In this document: positions 1-10,388 of the stretch, piece by piece
Position numbering within the stretch: the stretch's first letter is position 1
Layout of the letters: each line of letters opens with the position of its first letter
DNA from: an uncultured Alphaproteobacteria bacterium
GTDB lineage: Bacteria > Pseudomonadota > Alphaproteobacteria > MPNO01 > DASWLB01
Reading direction: 5' to 3'
Length of the DNA: 64,000 bases
Assembly: GCA_963826605.1 (NCBI GenBank)
Contig: CAWGXN010000005.1
Coordinates: forward strand, 392,116-456,115
Translations under genes and position numbers: made by a program
The notes under the pieces: generated by a model
The model's database searches: none
What the model saw: the letters and a program-made list of their open reading frames with translations, nothing else
What the model was told of the DNA's origin: nothing

Positions 1-62
1 AAGCAATCCAGAATCACATGTCGCCGCTGGATCGCTTCGTCGCTTCGCTCCTCGCGATGACG
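1..62. repeat. Partial CGTC-type palindromic repeat, family A (..GCAATCC..GGATCGC..CTCGCGATGACG)
   Basis: Same architecture as the copies at 2017-2091 and 57930-58030; truncated by the window edge. Confidence 0.75.
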
Positions 63-65
63 GCT

Positions 66-770
66 CTATTTTACCGTAGCAGCCAGCGCGCGCTCGATAT
101 CGGCGAACGACCTGACCGTCGGATGCGAAGACGCGGGCGCCGCCACCGATTCCGCCTCGCGGTCGAGCCGCACGACGCGGAGCCCCGCCTCCGCCGCCGC
201 GTCGAGCTCGCCCGGGTGGTCGGAAAGGAACAGGATGTCGCCCGCCGCGGCCCCGATCCGCGAAACGATCTTGCGGTACGAGGCTGCCTCCAGCTTCGGC
301 CCGGTCGCCAGGTCGAACCAGCCGGAGAACAGCCCCTCCAGGTTGCCGTGGTCGGAATGGCCGAACAGCAGCTTCTGCGCGGTCACCGACCCCGAGGAAT
401 AGACGTAGAGCGCGATTCCCGCATCGTGCCAGGCGCTGAGCGCCGCGACCGCGTCGTCATAGACCGGCGCCTTCAGCGCCCCGACGCGGTAGCCCTCCTC
501 CCAGATCATGCCCTGCAGCAGCTTGAGCGGCGCCGCCTTGCGGTCCTGGTCGATCCAGGCCACCAGCTCCTCGGCCAGCTCGTCGTCCGTCCCGCCGCCC
601 GCGATCTCGCGCGCCTCGTCGAGCGCCGCCATCACCGGCGGCTCGTCGCGGTGCTTCGCCACGTACGCCTTCATCCGCGCGCGGGCGTAGGGGAACAGCC
701 GGTCGCGCACGAACGAGATCGGCGTCGTCGTGCCCTCGATGTCGGTGACGACGGCGCGGATGGGGATCAC
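66..770 (-). CDS. mtnC: Acireductone synthase / enolase-phosphatase E1
   Basis: HAD motif TDIEGTT, LKLLQGMIW, FLSD; GTG start overlaps the mtnD stop. Confidence 0.92.
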   Translation of the reverse strand: MIPIRAVVTDIEGTTTPISFVRDRLFPYARARMKAYVAKHRDEPPVMAALDEAREIAGGGTDDELAEELVAWIDQDRKAAPLKLLQGMIWEEGYRVGALKAPVYDDAVAALSAWHDAGIALYVYSSGSVTAQKLLFGHSDHGNLEGLFSGWFDLATGPKLEAASYRKIVSRIGAAAGDILFLSDHPGELDAAAEAGLRVVRLDREAESVAAPASSHPTVRSFADIERALAATVK

Positions 771-1321
771 GCCGCCGCCATCTCGAACTTCGGGAACGCG
801 TCCGCGATCTTGTCGCCGGTGAACTCGGCCACCCAGCCGGCCGGGTCGGTGAACAGGCGGATCGCGCAGAAATACGGGTCCGGTCCCATGTCGAACCAGT
901 GCCTGGTGCCGGCCGGGACGGAGATCAGGTCGTCCTTCTCGCAGACGAGCTGGTGCACCTTGCCGCCGAGTCGCAGGTAGAACGCGCCCGAGCCCTCGAC
1001 GAAGAAGCGCACCTCGTCCTCGATGTGGATGTGCTCGGACAGGAACTTCTCGCGCATCGGCTGGGTGTTGGGCGTGCCCTTGGCGAGCCGCACCACGTCG
1101 GCGGTCTTGTAGCCGCCCTCTTCCTTCAGCCGGTCGACCTCGCCGGCATAGGCCGCCAGCACCTCCTCCTGGCCGGCGCCCGGGGCAAGCGTGCGCTCGG
1201 CCTTCCAGCGCTCGAATTGCACGTTGTGCGGGGCGAGCAGGCGGGCGATCTCGGCGCCGTCGCTGGTGACGGTCTCGGGCGCGTCGGGCGCGTCCTCGCG
1301 CCAGATGGTCAGCGTGGTCAT
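767..1321 (-). CDS. mtnD: Acireductone dioxygenase (cupin)
   Basis: KFLSEHIHIEDEVRFFVEGSG and VPAGTRHWF; ATGA overlap with mtnB. Confidence 0.93.
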   Translation of the reverse strand: MTTLTIWREDAPDAPETVTSDGAEIARLLAPHNVQFERWKAERTLAPGAGQEEVLAAYAGEVDRLKEEGGYKTADVVRLAKGTPNTQPMREKFLSEHIHIEDEVRFFVEGSGAFYLRLGGKVHQLVCEKDDLISVPAGTRHWFDMGPDPYFCAIRLFTDPAGWVAEFTGDKIADAFPKFEMAAA

Positions 1322-1953
1322 AGGGACAGTCTCCCTCGTTCCAGTTCGCAGGTGAGCAGGAAGTCGAACGCCTCGACGTGGCGGCGCGCCGCGGCGACGT
1401 CGCGGCCCCAGGCATAGAGCCCGTGCCCCGCGATCAAATAGCCCTTGAGCCGCCGGTCCTCGGCAAGGCGCGCCTCGACGAGGCGGGCGAGCGCCGCCGT
1501 GTCCTGGTCGTTGGCGAAGACCGGCAGGTCGAGCGCCGTGTCGTGGGTCGCGATGCCGTCGAGCGCCTTCAGCATCTCGTAGCCGGCGAGGCGCACGGCG
1601 TGGTGCGACGCGCCCTTCAACGAGGCGAGCGTCGCCGCGACCGAATGGACGTGCAGCACCGCGCCGATCGTCGGGTCGCGCCGGTAGAGCGCGATATGCA
1701 GCGGCGCCTCGGCCGACACGCCGGGCGGGATCGGCCCATCGAGCGCCATGATCACGAAATCGCCGGGCCCGAGCGCGCCCTTGTCGCGGCCCGAGGCGGT
1801 GACGGCGATGCGGCCGGCATCGAGGCGCGCCGACAGATTGCCGCTGGTCGCGGGCAGCCAGCCGCGCGCCGCGAAGTCGCGCCCGGCGGCGATCAGCGCC
1901 GCTAAGGCCTCGTCCGCGTCGGTCCGGGTCCGTTCCTCGAGCTCGGGGGCCAT
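1318..1953 (-). CDS. mtnB: Methylthioribulose-1-phosphate dehydratase
   Basis: GWLPATSGNLS, ASGRDKG, SAEAPLH, HVHS, GHGLYAWG (class II aldolase fold). Confidence 0.92.
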   Translation of the reverse strand: MAPELEERTRTDADEALAALIAAGRDFAARGWLPATSGNLSARLDAGRIAVTASGRDKGALGPGDFVIMALDGPIPPGVSAEAPLHIALYRRDPTIGAVLHVHSVAATLASLKGASHHAVRLAGYEMLKALDGIATHDTALDLPVFANDQDTAALARLVEARLAEDRRLKGYLIAGHGLYAWGRDVAAARRHVEAFDFLLTCELERGRLSL

Positions 1954-2016
1954 CGCCGTCCTCTCCGCGTCGGAATGTAGCAATCCGATCCATGACTGGG
2001 TAGCCAGCTAAATGGT

Positions 2017-2091
2017 CGTCATTGCGAGCGAAGCGAAGCAATCCAGTGACGGCCGCCGGATTGCGCCGTCGCTCCGCTCCTCGCAATGACG
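2017..2091. repeat. CGTC-type palindromic repeat, family A
   Basis: CGTCATTGCGAG...GCAATCC / GGATTGC...CTCGCAATGACG inverted arms. Confidence 0.85.
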
Positions 2092-2098
2092 GCGGGGC

Positions 2099-3638
2099 TT
2101 ACAGCAGCACGGCAACCACAACGACGGCCGCGCCCAGCGCCACCGCCCACAGCCCCCAGCTTCCGGCGCCGCGCCCGCCGATCAGGGCGTTGACCGTGTC
2201 GATATGCAGCTTCACGCCGCGGCGGCCCAGCGTGTCGACCGCCTCCTCCATCCCGCGCACGACGCGCGGCAGGCGGGCGAGCGCGCCGATCACCTCCTCC
2301 GCCGCCTCGGCGATGCGCGCCTCGGGCCCCACGCTGGTCGCGATCCAGTCCTCGATCAGCGGCCGGGCCAGCGCCCACATGTTGGTCTCGGGCGCGAGGC
2401 GGCGCCCCACCCCCTCGGCCACCAGCATGGTCTTCTGCAGCAGCAGCAATTGCGGCTGGGCCTCCATCTTGAACCGGGCGGTGACGCGGAAGAGCTGTTC
2501 CAACAGGCGCGCGAGCGAGATCTCGGCCAGCGGCAGGCCCAGGATCGGCTCGGCGATCGAGCGCGCCGCCTGGGCGAAGGCGTCGACCGACTGGTCCGAC
2601 GGTACGTAGCCGGCCCGGATATGCACCTCGGCGACCCGGCGATAATCGCCGGTGAGGAAGCCCAGCAGCATCTCGGCCAGATAGCTGCGCGTCGCGCGGT
2701 CGAGCCTTCCCATGATGCCGAAATCCACCGCGACGATGGCGCCGTCCGGTCCGACGAACAGGTTCCCCGGGTGAAGATCGGCGTGGAAGAACCCGTCGCG
2801 GAACACCTGCAGGAAGAAGACGCGCGCCATCGCGGCGACGACCCCGGAGGGGTCGAACCCGGCGGCGATCAGCGCGGCGCGCTCGTCGATCTCGAATCCC
2901 CGCGACCCGCTCGGCGGTCAGCACGCGCCGGCCCGTGCGCGCCCAGTCCATGCGCGGCACGCGGAAGGTGGGATCGGTCTCGAAGTTGTGGGCCAGCTCG
3001 TCCGCCGCCGCCGCTTCGTAGCGCAGATCCATCTCCACCTCGACCGAATCGGCGAAGATGCGCACCGCCTCGACCGGCTTGAGGCGGCCGAGCTGCGGGC
3101 GGAGCCGGAGCGCCGTCCGGGCCAGCGCCTCCATCAGATCGAGGTCGCGGGCGAAGGCGGTCTCGATTCGCGGCCGCAGCACCTTGACCACCACCTCCGC
3201 CCCCTCGGCGGTGACGGCGCGGTGCACCTGGGCGATCGAGGCGGCGGCGATCGGCACGTCGTCGAACACGGCGAACAGCGCCTCGACCGGCTTGCCCAGC
3301 TCGGCTTCGATGGCCGCGCGTGCCGCCGCGCCGGGGAAGGGCGGCAGGCGGTCCTGCAGCGACGCCAGGTCGGCGGCCACCGCCTCGCCCACGATGTCGG
3401 GACGCACCGACAGCGCCTGGCCCAGCTTGATGAAGCTCGGCCCCAGCGCGTAGAGCGCGGCACCCAGCCGCTCGCCCGGGCGCAGCGCCGCCATGCCGCG
3501 CTTGGGCCGCACGACCAGCCGCAGCGCGCGCCGTGTCGTGCCGCCGCCCGGGACCCGGTCGAGGAAGAACAGCGCATCGTGGCGCGCCAAAGTGCGCGCG
3601 ATCGCCCACAGTCGCCCCAGATGCCGCGGCCGGATCAC
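2099..3638 (-). CDS. ubiB: UbiB/ABC1 family protein kinase-like ubiquinone biosynthesis protein (frameshift near 2890)
   Basis: GPSFIKLGQALS, AAASIAQVH, VVVKVLRP, GFFHADLHPGN, DFGIMG in two frames; directly downstream of ubiE. Confidence 0.9.
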
Positions 3639-4390
3639 ACCCGCCAGCCGGAATGGATGGCGCAGATGCCGGCCGTAAGGTTGCGCCAGGTGACGTTGCC
3701 GAATCCGGCATCCCGCATCTCCGCCGCCAGCGTCTCCTGATCGGGGAACTGCCGGATCGATTCGGCAAGGTAGAGATAGGCGTCGCGGTCCTGCGCCACG
3801 ATCTCGCCCAGCGCGGGCAGCACGCGGAACGAGTAGGCGTCGTAGAGCGGGCGTAGCGCGGGCACCATCACCCGGCTGAACTCCAGGCACAGGAAATGGC
3901 CGCCGGGCGCCAGGATTCGCCGCGCCTCGGCCAGCGCGTTCGCCCGCCGCGTCACGTTGCGCAGCCCGAACGCGATGGTGCAGGACTCGAACGCGCCGGA
4001 CGGGAGGGGCAGTTCCGCCGCGTCGGCGCAGACATATTCGATCTCGCGCAGATATCCCCGGTCGATGGCCCGGTCGCGCGCGACGCCGAGCATGGCCGCG
4101 TTGCGATCGGCGATGGCGATCTTGGCGGTCTCGGCGTCGTCGCCCAGCCGGTCGAGCACGCGGAACGCCACGTCGCCCGTTCCGCCCGCGAGGTCGAGAT
4201 GAACGAGGCCGGCGCGCGGGCGCAGCCAGTCGACCAGCGCCGTCTTCCACAGACGGTGCAGCCCGCCCGACATCAGATCGTTCATCAGGTCGTAGCGCGG
4301 CGCGACCAAGTCGAACACCCGCCCGACCAAGCCGGCATGCTCGGCCTCGCTCACCCGCCGGAAGCCGAAATCCCGCTCGCGCGCCACCAT
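3635..4390 (-). CDS. ubiE: Ubiquinone/menaquinone C-methyltransferase
   Basis: YDLMNDLMSGGLHRLWK, LDLAGGTGD, AFGLRNV, YLAESIRQFP. Confidence 0.95.
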   Translation of the reverse strand: MVARERDFGFRRVSEAEHAGLVGRVFDLVAPRYDLMNDLMSGGLHRLWKTALVDWLRPRAGLVHLDLAGGTGDVAFRVLDRLGDDAETAKIAIADRNAAMLGVARDRAIDRGYLREIEYVCADAAELPLPSGAFESCTIAFGLRNVTRRANALAEARRILAPGGHFLCLEFSRVMVPALRPLYDAYSFRVLPALGEIVAQDRDAYLYLAESIRQFPDQETLAAEMRDAGFGNVTWRNLTAGICAIHSGWRV

Positions 4391-4458
4391 GCGCGGAACA
4401 TAGCGCGGGGGGTCGCGGTGCGCTAGATAAGGGCATGCCTTCATGCGGAATCCCCCTG

Positions 4459-4577
4459 CCGTTCGCCCTGAGGAGGCCCGCCGCGAAGCGGGGGGCCGTC
4501 TCGAAGGGCAAACGCCGAGCGCCCCCGCGCTCGTCCTTCGAGACGCGGCGCGGGGCGCCGCTCCTCAGGACGAGCGG
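4459..4577. repeat. Palindromic repeat, family B (CCGTTCG.CCTGAGGAG..GTCTCGAAGG / CCTTCGAGAC..CTCCTCAGGACGA.CGG)
   Basis: Inverted doublet; related copies at 50404, 56139 and 62743. Confidence 0.85.
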
Positions 4578-4598
4578 TATGGGGATTGGGCGCGCCTG

Positions 4599-5463
4599 AT
4601 GCCTGAACTTCCCGAGGTCGAGACGGTCCGGCGCGGGCTCGAGGCGGCGCTGGCGGGCCGGACGATCGCCCGCGTCGAGGTGCGGCGCGGCGATCTGCGG
4701 CGCCCGCTGCCGGCTGACTTTGCCGCGCGCCTCGCCGGCCGGCGCGTACGGGGCATCGGAAGGCGGGCGAAGTACCTGCTGGTTTCGCTCGACGGCGACC
4801 TCGTGCTGCTCTGCCATCTCGGCATGTCGGGGCGGATGGTGATCGAGCCGCCGCTCGGTCCCGCGCTGCCCCAGCCCGCGACGCTGGTCCGCGCCGCGCA
4901 TGTGACCCACGCCCATGTGGTGTTCACGGCCGACGACGGCACGGTGCGTGCGCTTTTCCGACCCGCGCCGGTTCGGGCTGATGGACCTGGTGCCCGCCGC
5001 CAAGCTCGACGTCCATCCTCTGCTCGCCCATCTGGGGCCGGAGCCGGTGGGCAATGTGTTCGACGGCAAGGCGCTGGCCGCACGGCTCGCCGGCAAGCAC
5101 ACCCCCATCAAGGCGGCGCTTCTCGACCAGCGGGTCGTGGCGGGGCTCGGCAACATCTATGTGTGCGAGAGCCTCTACCGCGCGCGCCTGTCGCCGCGCC
5201 GCCTGGCGCTGACCGTGCAGGGCGCCCGCGCCGAGCGTCTTGCCGAGGCGATCCGGGCGGTGCTGGCCGAGGCGATCGCGGCCGGGGGCTCGTCGCTGCG
5301 CGACCACGTGATGCCGTCGGGCGAGCTCGGCTATTTCCAGCACGCCTTCGAGGTGTATGACCGCGAGGGCGCGCCCTGCCCCGGCTGCACCTGCGGTGGG
5401 GCGGTGAAGCGCATCGTCCAGTCGGGCCGCTCGACTTTCTATTGTGCAGTGCGGCAACGGTGA
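4599..5463 (+). CDS. mutM: Formamidopyrimidine-DNA glycosylase (frameshift near 4950)
   Basis: N-terminal [31 protein letters not shown]-terminal Zn finger. Confidence 0.95.
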
Positions 5464-5496
5464 GGTAACACCGGTCATCCCAGCCGGAGGTGACCG

Positions 5497-6273
5497 ATGG
5501 CGTACGAGAACATCAAGACCGAGATTCGCGGGCGCGTGGGGCTGATCACGCTCGACCGGCCGCAGGCGCTGAACGCGTTGTGCGCCGCACTCGTCGCGGA
5601 GCTGAACCAGGCGCTCGACGCGTTCGAGGCCGACGATTCGGTGGGCGCGATCGTGCTGACCGGCTCGGAGAAGGCGTTCGCCGCCGGGGCCGACATCCGC
5701 GAGATGCAGGCCAAGACCTTCCCCGACACCTACCTGGAAGACTTCATCACCAAGGATTGGGAGCGCATTTCGCGCTGCCGCAAGCCGGTGATCGCGGCCG
5801 TGGCCGGCTTCGCGCTGGGCGGCGGGTGCGAGTTCGCGCTGATGTGCGACTTCATCATCGCCGCCGACACGGCGCGCTTCGGCCAGCCCGAGATCACGCT
5901 GGCCATCCCGCCCGGCTCGGGGGGCACCCAGCGCCTCACGCGCATCGTCGGCAAGTCCAAGGCGATGGAGATGTGCCTTACCGGCCGGATGATCGACGCC
6001 GCCGAGGCCGAACGCTGCGGCCTGGCCGCGCGCGTCGTGCCGGCCGCCGAGCTGGTCGACGAGGCGGTGAAGACGGGCGAAAAGATCGCCGGCTTCTCAC
6101 GCCCCGCCGTCTACATGGTGAAGGAGGCGGTGAACCGCGCCTACGAAACCACCCTCGCCGAAGGGGTGCGGTTCGAGAGGCGCCTGTTCCAGGCGGCCTT
6201 CGCCACCGCCGACCAGAAGGAGGCGATGGACGCCTTCGCCAACAAGCGCAAGCCCGCCCTCAAGAACGGGTAG
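5497..6273 (+). CDS. Enoyl-CoA hydratase (crotonase family)
   Basis: AFAAGADI, AVAGFALGGGCE, FGQPEI. Confidence 0.92.
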   Translation: MAYENIKTEIRGRVGLITLDRPQALNALCAALVAELNQALDAFEADDSVGAIVLTGSEKAFAAGADIREMQAKTFPDTYLEDFITKDWERISRCRKPVIAAVAGFALGGGCEFALMCDFIIAADTARFGQPEITLAIPPGSGGTQRLTRIVGKSKAMEMCLTGRMIDAAEAERCGLAARVVPAAELVDEAVKTGEKIAGFSRPAVYMVKEAVNRAYETTLAEGVRFERRLFQAAFATADQKEAMDAFANKRKPALKNG

Positions 6274-6392
6274 GGGGCACCCCGCCGGCCTGAAACCGCG
6301 TTGCTGCTTCCGCGCATTCCTCTCCCCTGAAGGGAGGAAGGTGGTGTATGCGCTTCAATCCAAGGGAAACGTGCTCAAGCGCGCGACGGCGA

Positions 6393-6929
6393 CTACCGCG
6401 CGGCCGGATGGGCGCGGTTGTAGTCGAGCTGCTCCGGCGTAAGCTGGAAGCCCACATAAATCTCGTAGGATGGGCCTTCCTCCATCTTGTGCAGGGGCAC
6501 GTCGATCTCGATCTCGTCGCCGAAGCTGGCGCGCGACTGGTTCGGCTGGAAGGCGAAGGCCACGTCGAACACGCGCTTGCCCGCCTTTGCCGGATAGACC
6601 TTGGGAATCGCCACGAAATAGTCGAATGCGACCCGGCGCGTGCGGTTGGCCGGCCCGCGCGTCACGTCGAACGCCAAGTTCAGCGCGACCGACAGCTTGT
6701 CCTTCTCGTAGGCGCAGCTTCCGGTATAGCCCGTGATCTCGGCCTGATAGTCGATATCGGTGATGTCGCGCCCGGGCCCTGGACGGAACCGGGTGAGGTG
6801 CGACGTATTCTCGGTCAGGAATACCTTGGGGCAAGGAACCGGCGGCGGATTCCCGGAGAGCAACCCGCAGCCGCCGAGCGCGAGCGGCAGCGCGACCGCC
6901 GCCGCCCGAATATGGGCACGCGCACTCAC
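6393..6929 (-). CDS. Hypothetical lipoprotein
   Basis: Signal peptide with lipobox LGGC; beta-rich mature region; typical codon usage. Confidence 0.7.
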   Translation of the reverse strand: MSARAHIRAAAVALPLALGGCGLLSGNPPPVPCPKVFLTENTSHLTRFRPGPGRDITDIDYQAEITGYTGSCAYEKDKLSVALNLAFDVTRGPANRTRRVAFDYFVAIPKVYPAKAGKRVFDVAFAFQPNQSRASFGDEIEIDVPLHKMEEGPSYEIYVGFQLTPEQLDYNRAHPAAR

Positions 6930-6972
6930 CCGGGCGCTCGTGCGCCCGCCCCGGCAGGGGCCGTCGGATGCC

Positions 6973-7215
6973 TCATCGATACTGCTTGTGCGTGCCGTCG
7001 CAGCGCGGCTGGGTGCCGGTGTGCTTGCAGCCGCAGAACGCGACCGCCTCGGTCGCGCTGGCGGTGAACTGCACCGGGCGGAACTCGGTGGTCTTGTGCG
7101 AGCCGTCGCAGAAAGGCTGGCTCTTCGACTGGCCGCACCGGCACCACCAGTACTCCTTGCCGGCCTCGACGTTGACGCTGTACGGCTTTGTCTGCGCGAT
7201 CACGGGGTCGGCCAT
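6973..7215 (-). CDS. CDGSH iron-sulfur protein with two CDGSH motifs
   Basis: CRCGQSKSQPFCDGSH and CGCKHTGTQPRCDGTH. Confidence 0.92.
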   Translation of the reverse strand: MADPVIAQTKPYSVNVEAGKEYWWCRCGQSKSQPFCDGSHKTTEFRPVQFTASATEAVAFCGCKHTGTQPRCDGTHKQYR

Positions 7216-7346
7216 GGTTTCTCCGCGTTTGATCGGCGCCCGGCGAACCTATATTAAAGGCGGGCGCGCCCGATCCGGCAAATCTAGCGGGGCGTCGGGG
7301 AATTCACAAGCCGCCACCCGGTCGCAGCGTCCGCGGGGATCGAATC

Positions 7347-8291
7347 ATGAGCAAGCCGAACCTGACCATCCTGCTTGCCGGCCCGCGCGGCTTCTGCGCC
7401 GGGGTCGAGCGGGCGATCGAGATCGTCGAGAAGGCGCTCGAAAAGTACGGCGCGCCCGTCTATGTGCGCCACGAGATCGTGCACAACCGCACGGTGGTCG
7501 AGACTCTGGAGGAGAAGGGCGCCGTCTTCGTCGAGGAGCTGGAGGAGGTGCCGGAGGCGGCGCCCGTCGTGTTCTCCGCCCACGGCGTGCCCAAGGTGGT
7601 GCCGGTCGAGGCGCGCCGCCGCCGGCTGATGTATGTCGACGCAACCTGCCCGCTGGTCACCAAGGTCCATGTCGAGGCGGAACGCCACTTCGCCGAGGGC
7701 CGCCAGGTGATCCTGATCGGCCATGCCGGCCACCCCGAGGTGGTGGGCACGATGGGCCAGCTTCCCGAGGATGCGATCCTGCTGGTCGAGAACGTCGAGG
7801 AAGCCCAGCGCGTCGAGGTCGCCGACCCGGCCAACCTCGCCTACGTCACCCAGACGACGCTGTCGGTGGATGACTGCCACGACATCGTCAAGGTGCTGAC
7901 CCGCCGCTTTCCCGAGATCAAGGTGCCGCGCAAGGAAGACATCTGCTACGCGACCACCAACCGCCAGGCGGCGGTGAAGTCGGTGGCGCGGCAATGCGAC
8001 GCGCTGATCGTGCTGGGCGCGCCCAACTCGTCCAACTCCAACCGGCTGCGCGAGGTGGCGGTGGCTGCCGGCTGCCGCAAGGCGATCCTGATCCAGCGCG
8101 CGGCCGAGCTGGATTTCGCCTGGCTCGACGGGGTCGAGCGGCTGGGCATCACCGCGGGCGCGTCGGCGCCCGAACTGCTGGTGCAGGAACTGATCGAGGC
8201 ATGCCGCGAACGCTACAACCTCGCCATCGAGCAGGTCGAGGTGACGCGCGAGAACGTGCGCTTCTCGCTGCCGCGCGTGCTCACGGCCTGA
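7347..8291 (+). CDS. ispH: 4-hydroxy-3-methylbut-2-enyl diphosphate reductase
   Basis: [38 protein letters not shown]. Confidence 0.97.
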   Translation: MSKPNLTILLAGPRGFCAGVERAIEIVEKALEKYGAPVYVRHEIVHNRTVVETLEEKGAVFVEELEEVPEAAPVVFSAHGVPKVVPVEARRRRLMYVDATCPLVTKVHVEAERHFAEGRQVILIGHAGHPEVVGTMGQLPEDAILLVENVEEAQRVEVADPANLAYVTQTTLSVDDCHDIVKVLTRRFPEIKVPRKEDICYATTNRQAAVKSVARQCDALIVLGAPNSSNSNRLREVAVAAGCRKAILIQRAAELDFAWLDGVERLGITAGASAPELLVQELIEACRERYNLAIEQVEVTRENVRFSLPRVLTA

Positions 8292-8307
8292 AGCGCCCGG
8301 CGCGCGC

Positions 8308-9272
8308 ATGGCCGTCTATACCGAGGTCTCGGTCGAGGAGCTGGAGGAGTTCGTCGCCCAGTACGACATCGGCAAGCCGATCTCCTTCAAAGGCATCGCC
8401 GAAGGGGTCGAGAACTCGAACTACCTGCTGCAGACCGACCGGGCGAGCTTCATCCTGACGCTCTACGAGAAGCGGGTGGCGCGCGCCGACCTGCCTTTCT
8501 TCCTCGCGCTGATGGATCACCTGGCAGCGCACGACATCGCCTGCCCGACGCCGATCCACGCGCGCGACGGCAAGACGCTGCACGAGCTGTGCAACAGGCC
8601 GGCCGCGCTGGTCAGCTTCCTCAACGGCGTGTGCGCGCGCCGCATCACCGTCGCGCATTGCAGCGCGCTGGGCCGGGCGATGGCCGAGATGCACCAGGCC
8701 GGCGCGGACTTCGCTCCGGTGCGGGCGAACGACCTGTCGGTCGCCGGGTGGCACCGGCTGTTCGAGCAGACGGCGGGCGCGCGCCGACGAGGTGGCGCCC
8801 GGCCTCGCCGACGAGATCGCGCGCGAGCTCGACCACGCTGACCGCCGCCTGGCCGGCGGCGCTTCCCACCGGCGTAATCCACGCCGATCTGTTTCCGGAC
8901 AACGTGTTCTTCCTCGACAACGCGCTGTCGGGCATCATCGATTTCTACTTCGCGTGCAACGACTTCCTGGCCTATGACCTGGCGGTCTGCCTGAACGCCT
9001 GGTGCTTCGAGCCGGACCTCAGCTTCAACGCCACCAAGGCGCAGCACATGTGCGCCGCCTATCGCGCGCTGCGTCCGATCGGCGCCGAGGAGCTGGCCGC
9101 CGTGCCGATCCTGGCGCGCGGCGCGGCGCTGCGCTTCCTGCTGACGCGGCTCTATGACTGGCTGAACCACCCCAAGGGCGCCTTCGTCCGGCCCAAGGAT
9201 CCGAAGGAATATCTCGCCCGCCTGCGCTTCCATCGCGGCGTCGCCGGTCCGGGCGCGTACGGGCTGGCATGA
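8308..9272 (+). CDS. thrB: Homoserine kinase type II (frameshifts near 8780-8840)
   Basis: [33 protein letters not shown]; ispH-thrB-rnhA synteny. Confidence 0.92.
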
Positions 9273-9733
9273 GCGCGCCGGACGCGACCGACGGCACCGT
9301 CGAGATCTTCACGGACGGGGCGTGCTCGGGCAATCCCGGCCCCGGCGGCTGGGGCGCGATATTGCGCTGGAAGGGCACCGAGCGCGAGATCTATGGCGGC
9401 GATCCGGCCACCACCAACAACCGGATGGAGCTGATGGCCGCGATCCGTGCGCTCGAGACGCTGAAGCGCGACGTGCACGTGATCCTGCACACCGATTCGA
9501 ACTATCTGCGCCAGGGCATCACGGCGTGGCTGCCCGGCTGGAAGCGCAATGGCTGGCGCACTGCCGACAAGAAGCCGGTCAAGAACGTCGATCTGTGGCA
9601 GCGGCTGGAGGCGGCGGTCGGCAGCCACCGGGTCGACTGGCGCTGGGTGCGCGGCCATTCCGGCCATCCCGAGAACGAGCGCGCCGACGCGCTCGCCCGC
9701 CGCGCGATCGCGGAATTGCGCGCGGGGACGTGA
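9269..9733 (+). CDS. rnhA: Ribonuclease HI
   Basis: [34 protein letters not shown]. Confidence 0.97.
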   Translation: MSAPDATDGTVEIFTDGACSGNPGPGGWGAILRWKGTEREIYGGDPATTNNRMELMAAIRALETLKRDVHVILHTDSNYLRQGITAWLPGWKRNGWRTADKKPVKNVDLWQRLEAAVGSHRVDWRWVRGHSGHPENERADALARRAIAELRAGT

Positions 9734-9761
9734 AAGGCCAACCGTAGAGGCGCCCGACAAA

Positions 9762-9813
9762 GGGCCCCGGGTCGGCGGCGCACCATTTCATGCTGCGCCG
9801 CGCCCGGGGTGAC
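9762..9813. repeat. Palindromic repeat, family D half unit (..CCCGGGGTGAC)
   Basis: CCCCGGG..GCGGCGCA..TGC.GCGCC..CCCGGGGTGAC; shares its end with 20758-20866. Confidence 0.6.
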
Positions 9814-9841
9814 AGCGTTTGCGGTGAGGGTCGGACCCGGC

Positions 9842-10324
9842 TTAAAGCTGCTTCAGGATGGTGTTGGCGTCGGACACCTCGAACGCGCCGCCCTGCTCGA
9901 CGTTGAGCGACTTGACGACGCCGTCCTCGACGATCATCGAGTAGCGCTGCGAGCGCTTGCCGAGACCGCGCTCGGTGAGGTCCATCGACAGGCCCAGCGC
10001 GTCGGCGAACTTGCCCGAGCCGTCGGCCAGCATCGTGACCTTGCCCTCGGCCTTCTGTTCCTTGCCCCAGGCGCCCATCACGAACGCGTCGTTGACGGCG
10101 ACGCAGGCGACGGTGTCGACGCCCTTGCCCTTGATCTGGTCGGCATTCTGCACGAAGCCCGGCATGTGCTTGGCCGAGCAGGTCGGAGTGAACGCGCCCG
10201 GCACCGCGAACAGCACGACTTTCTTGCCCTTGAACAGATCGTCGGTGCTGATCGGCTTCGGGCCTTCGGCGGTCATGGTCGTGAGGGTGGCGGAAGGAAT
10301 CTTGTCGCCGACTTTGATGGTCAT
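9842..10324 (-). CDS. Peroxiredoxin, Prx5-type
   Basis: VPGAFTPTCS, VNDAFVM, RSQRY. Confidence 0.93.
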   Translation of the reverse strand: MTIKVGDKIPSATLTTMTAEGPKPISTDDLFKGKKVVLFAVPGAFTPTCSAKHMPGFVQNADQIKGKGVDTVACVAVNDAFVMGAWGKEQKAEGKVTMLADGSGKFADALGLSMDLTERGLGKRSQRYSMIVEDGVVKSLNVEQGGAFEVSDANTILKQL

Positions 10325-10388
10325 GTTCGTCCCCTGTCAGGTTTGTCGTTGGAAGGCGCACGGGCGATGCCCATGGTCGAACAAGAAG

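Noticed and set aside
6274-6392. Possible sRNA between the enoyl-CoA hydratase and lipoprotein genes
   Set aside because: Only a short degenerate CCTCTCCCC..GGGAGG hairpin resembling a decayed family C repeat; no promoter or terminator support
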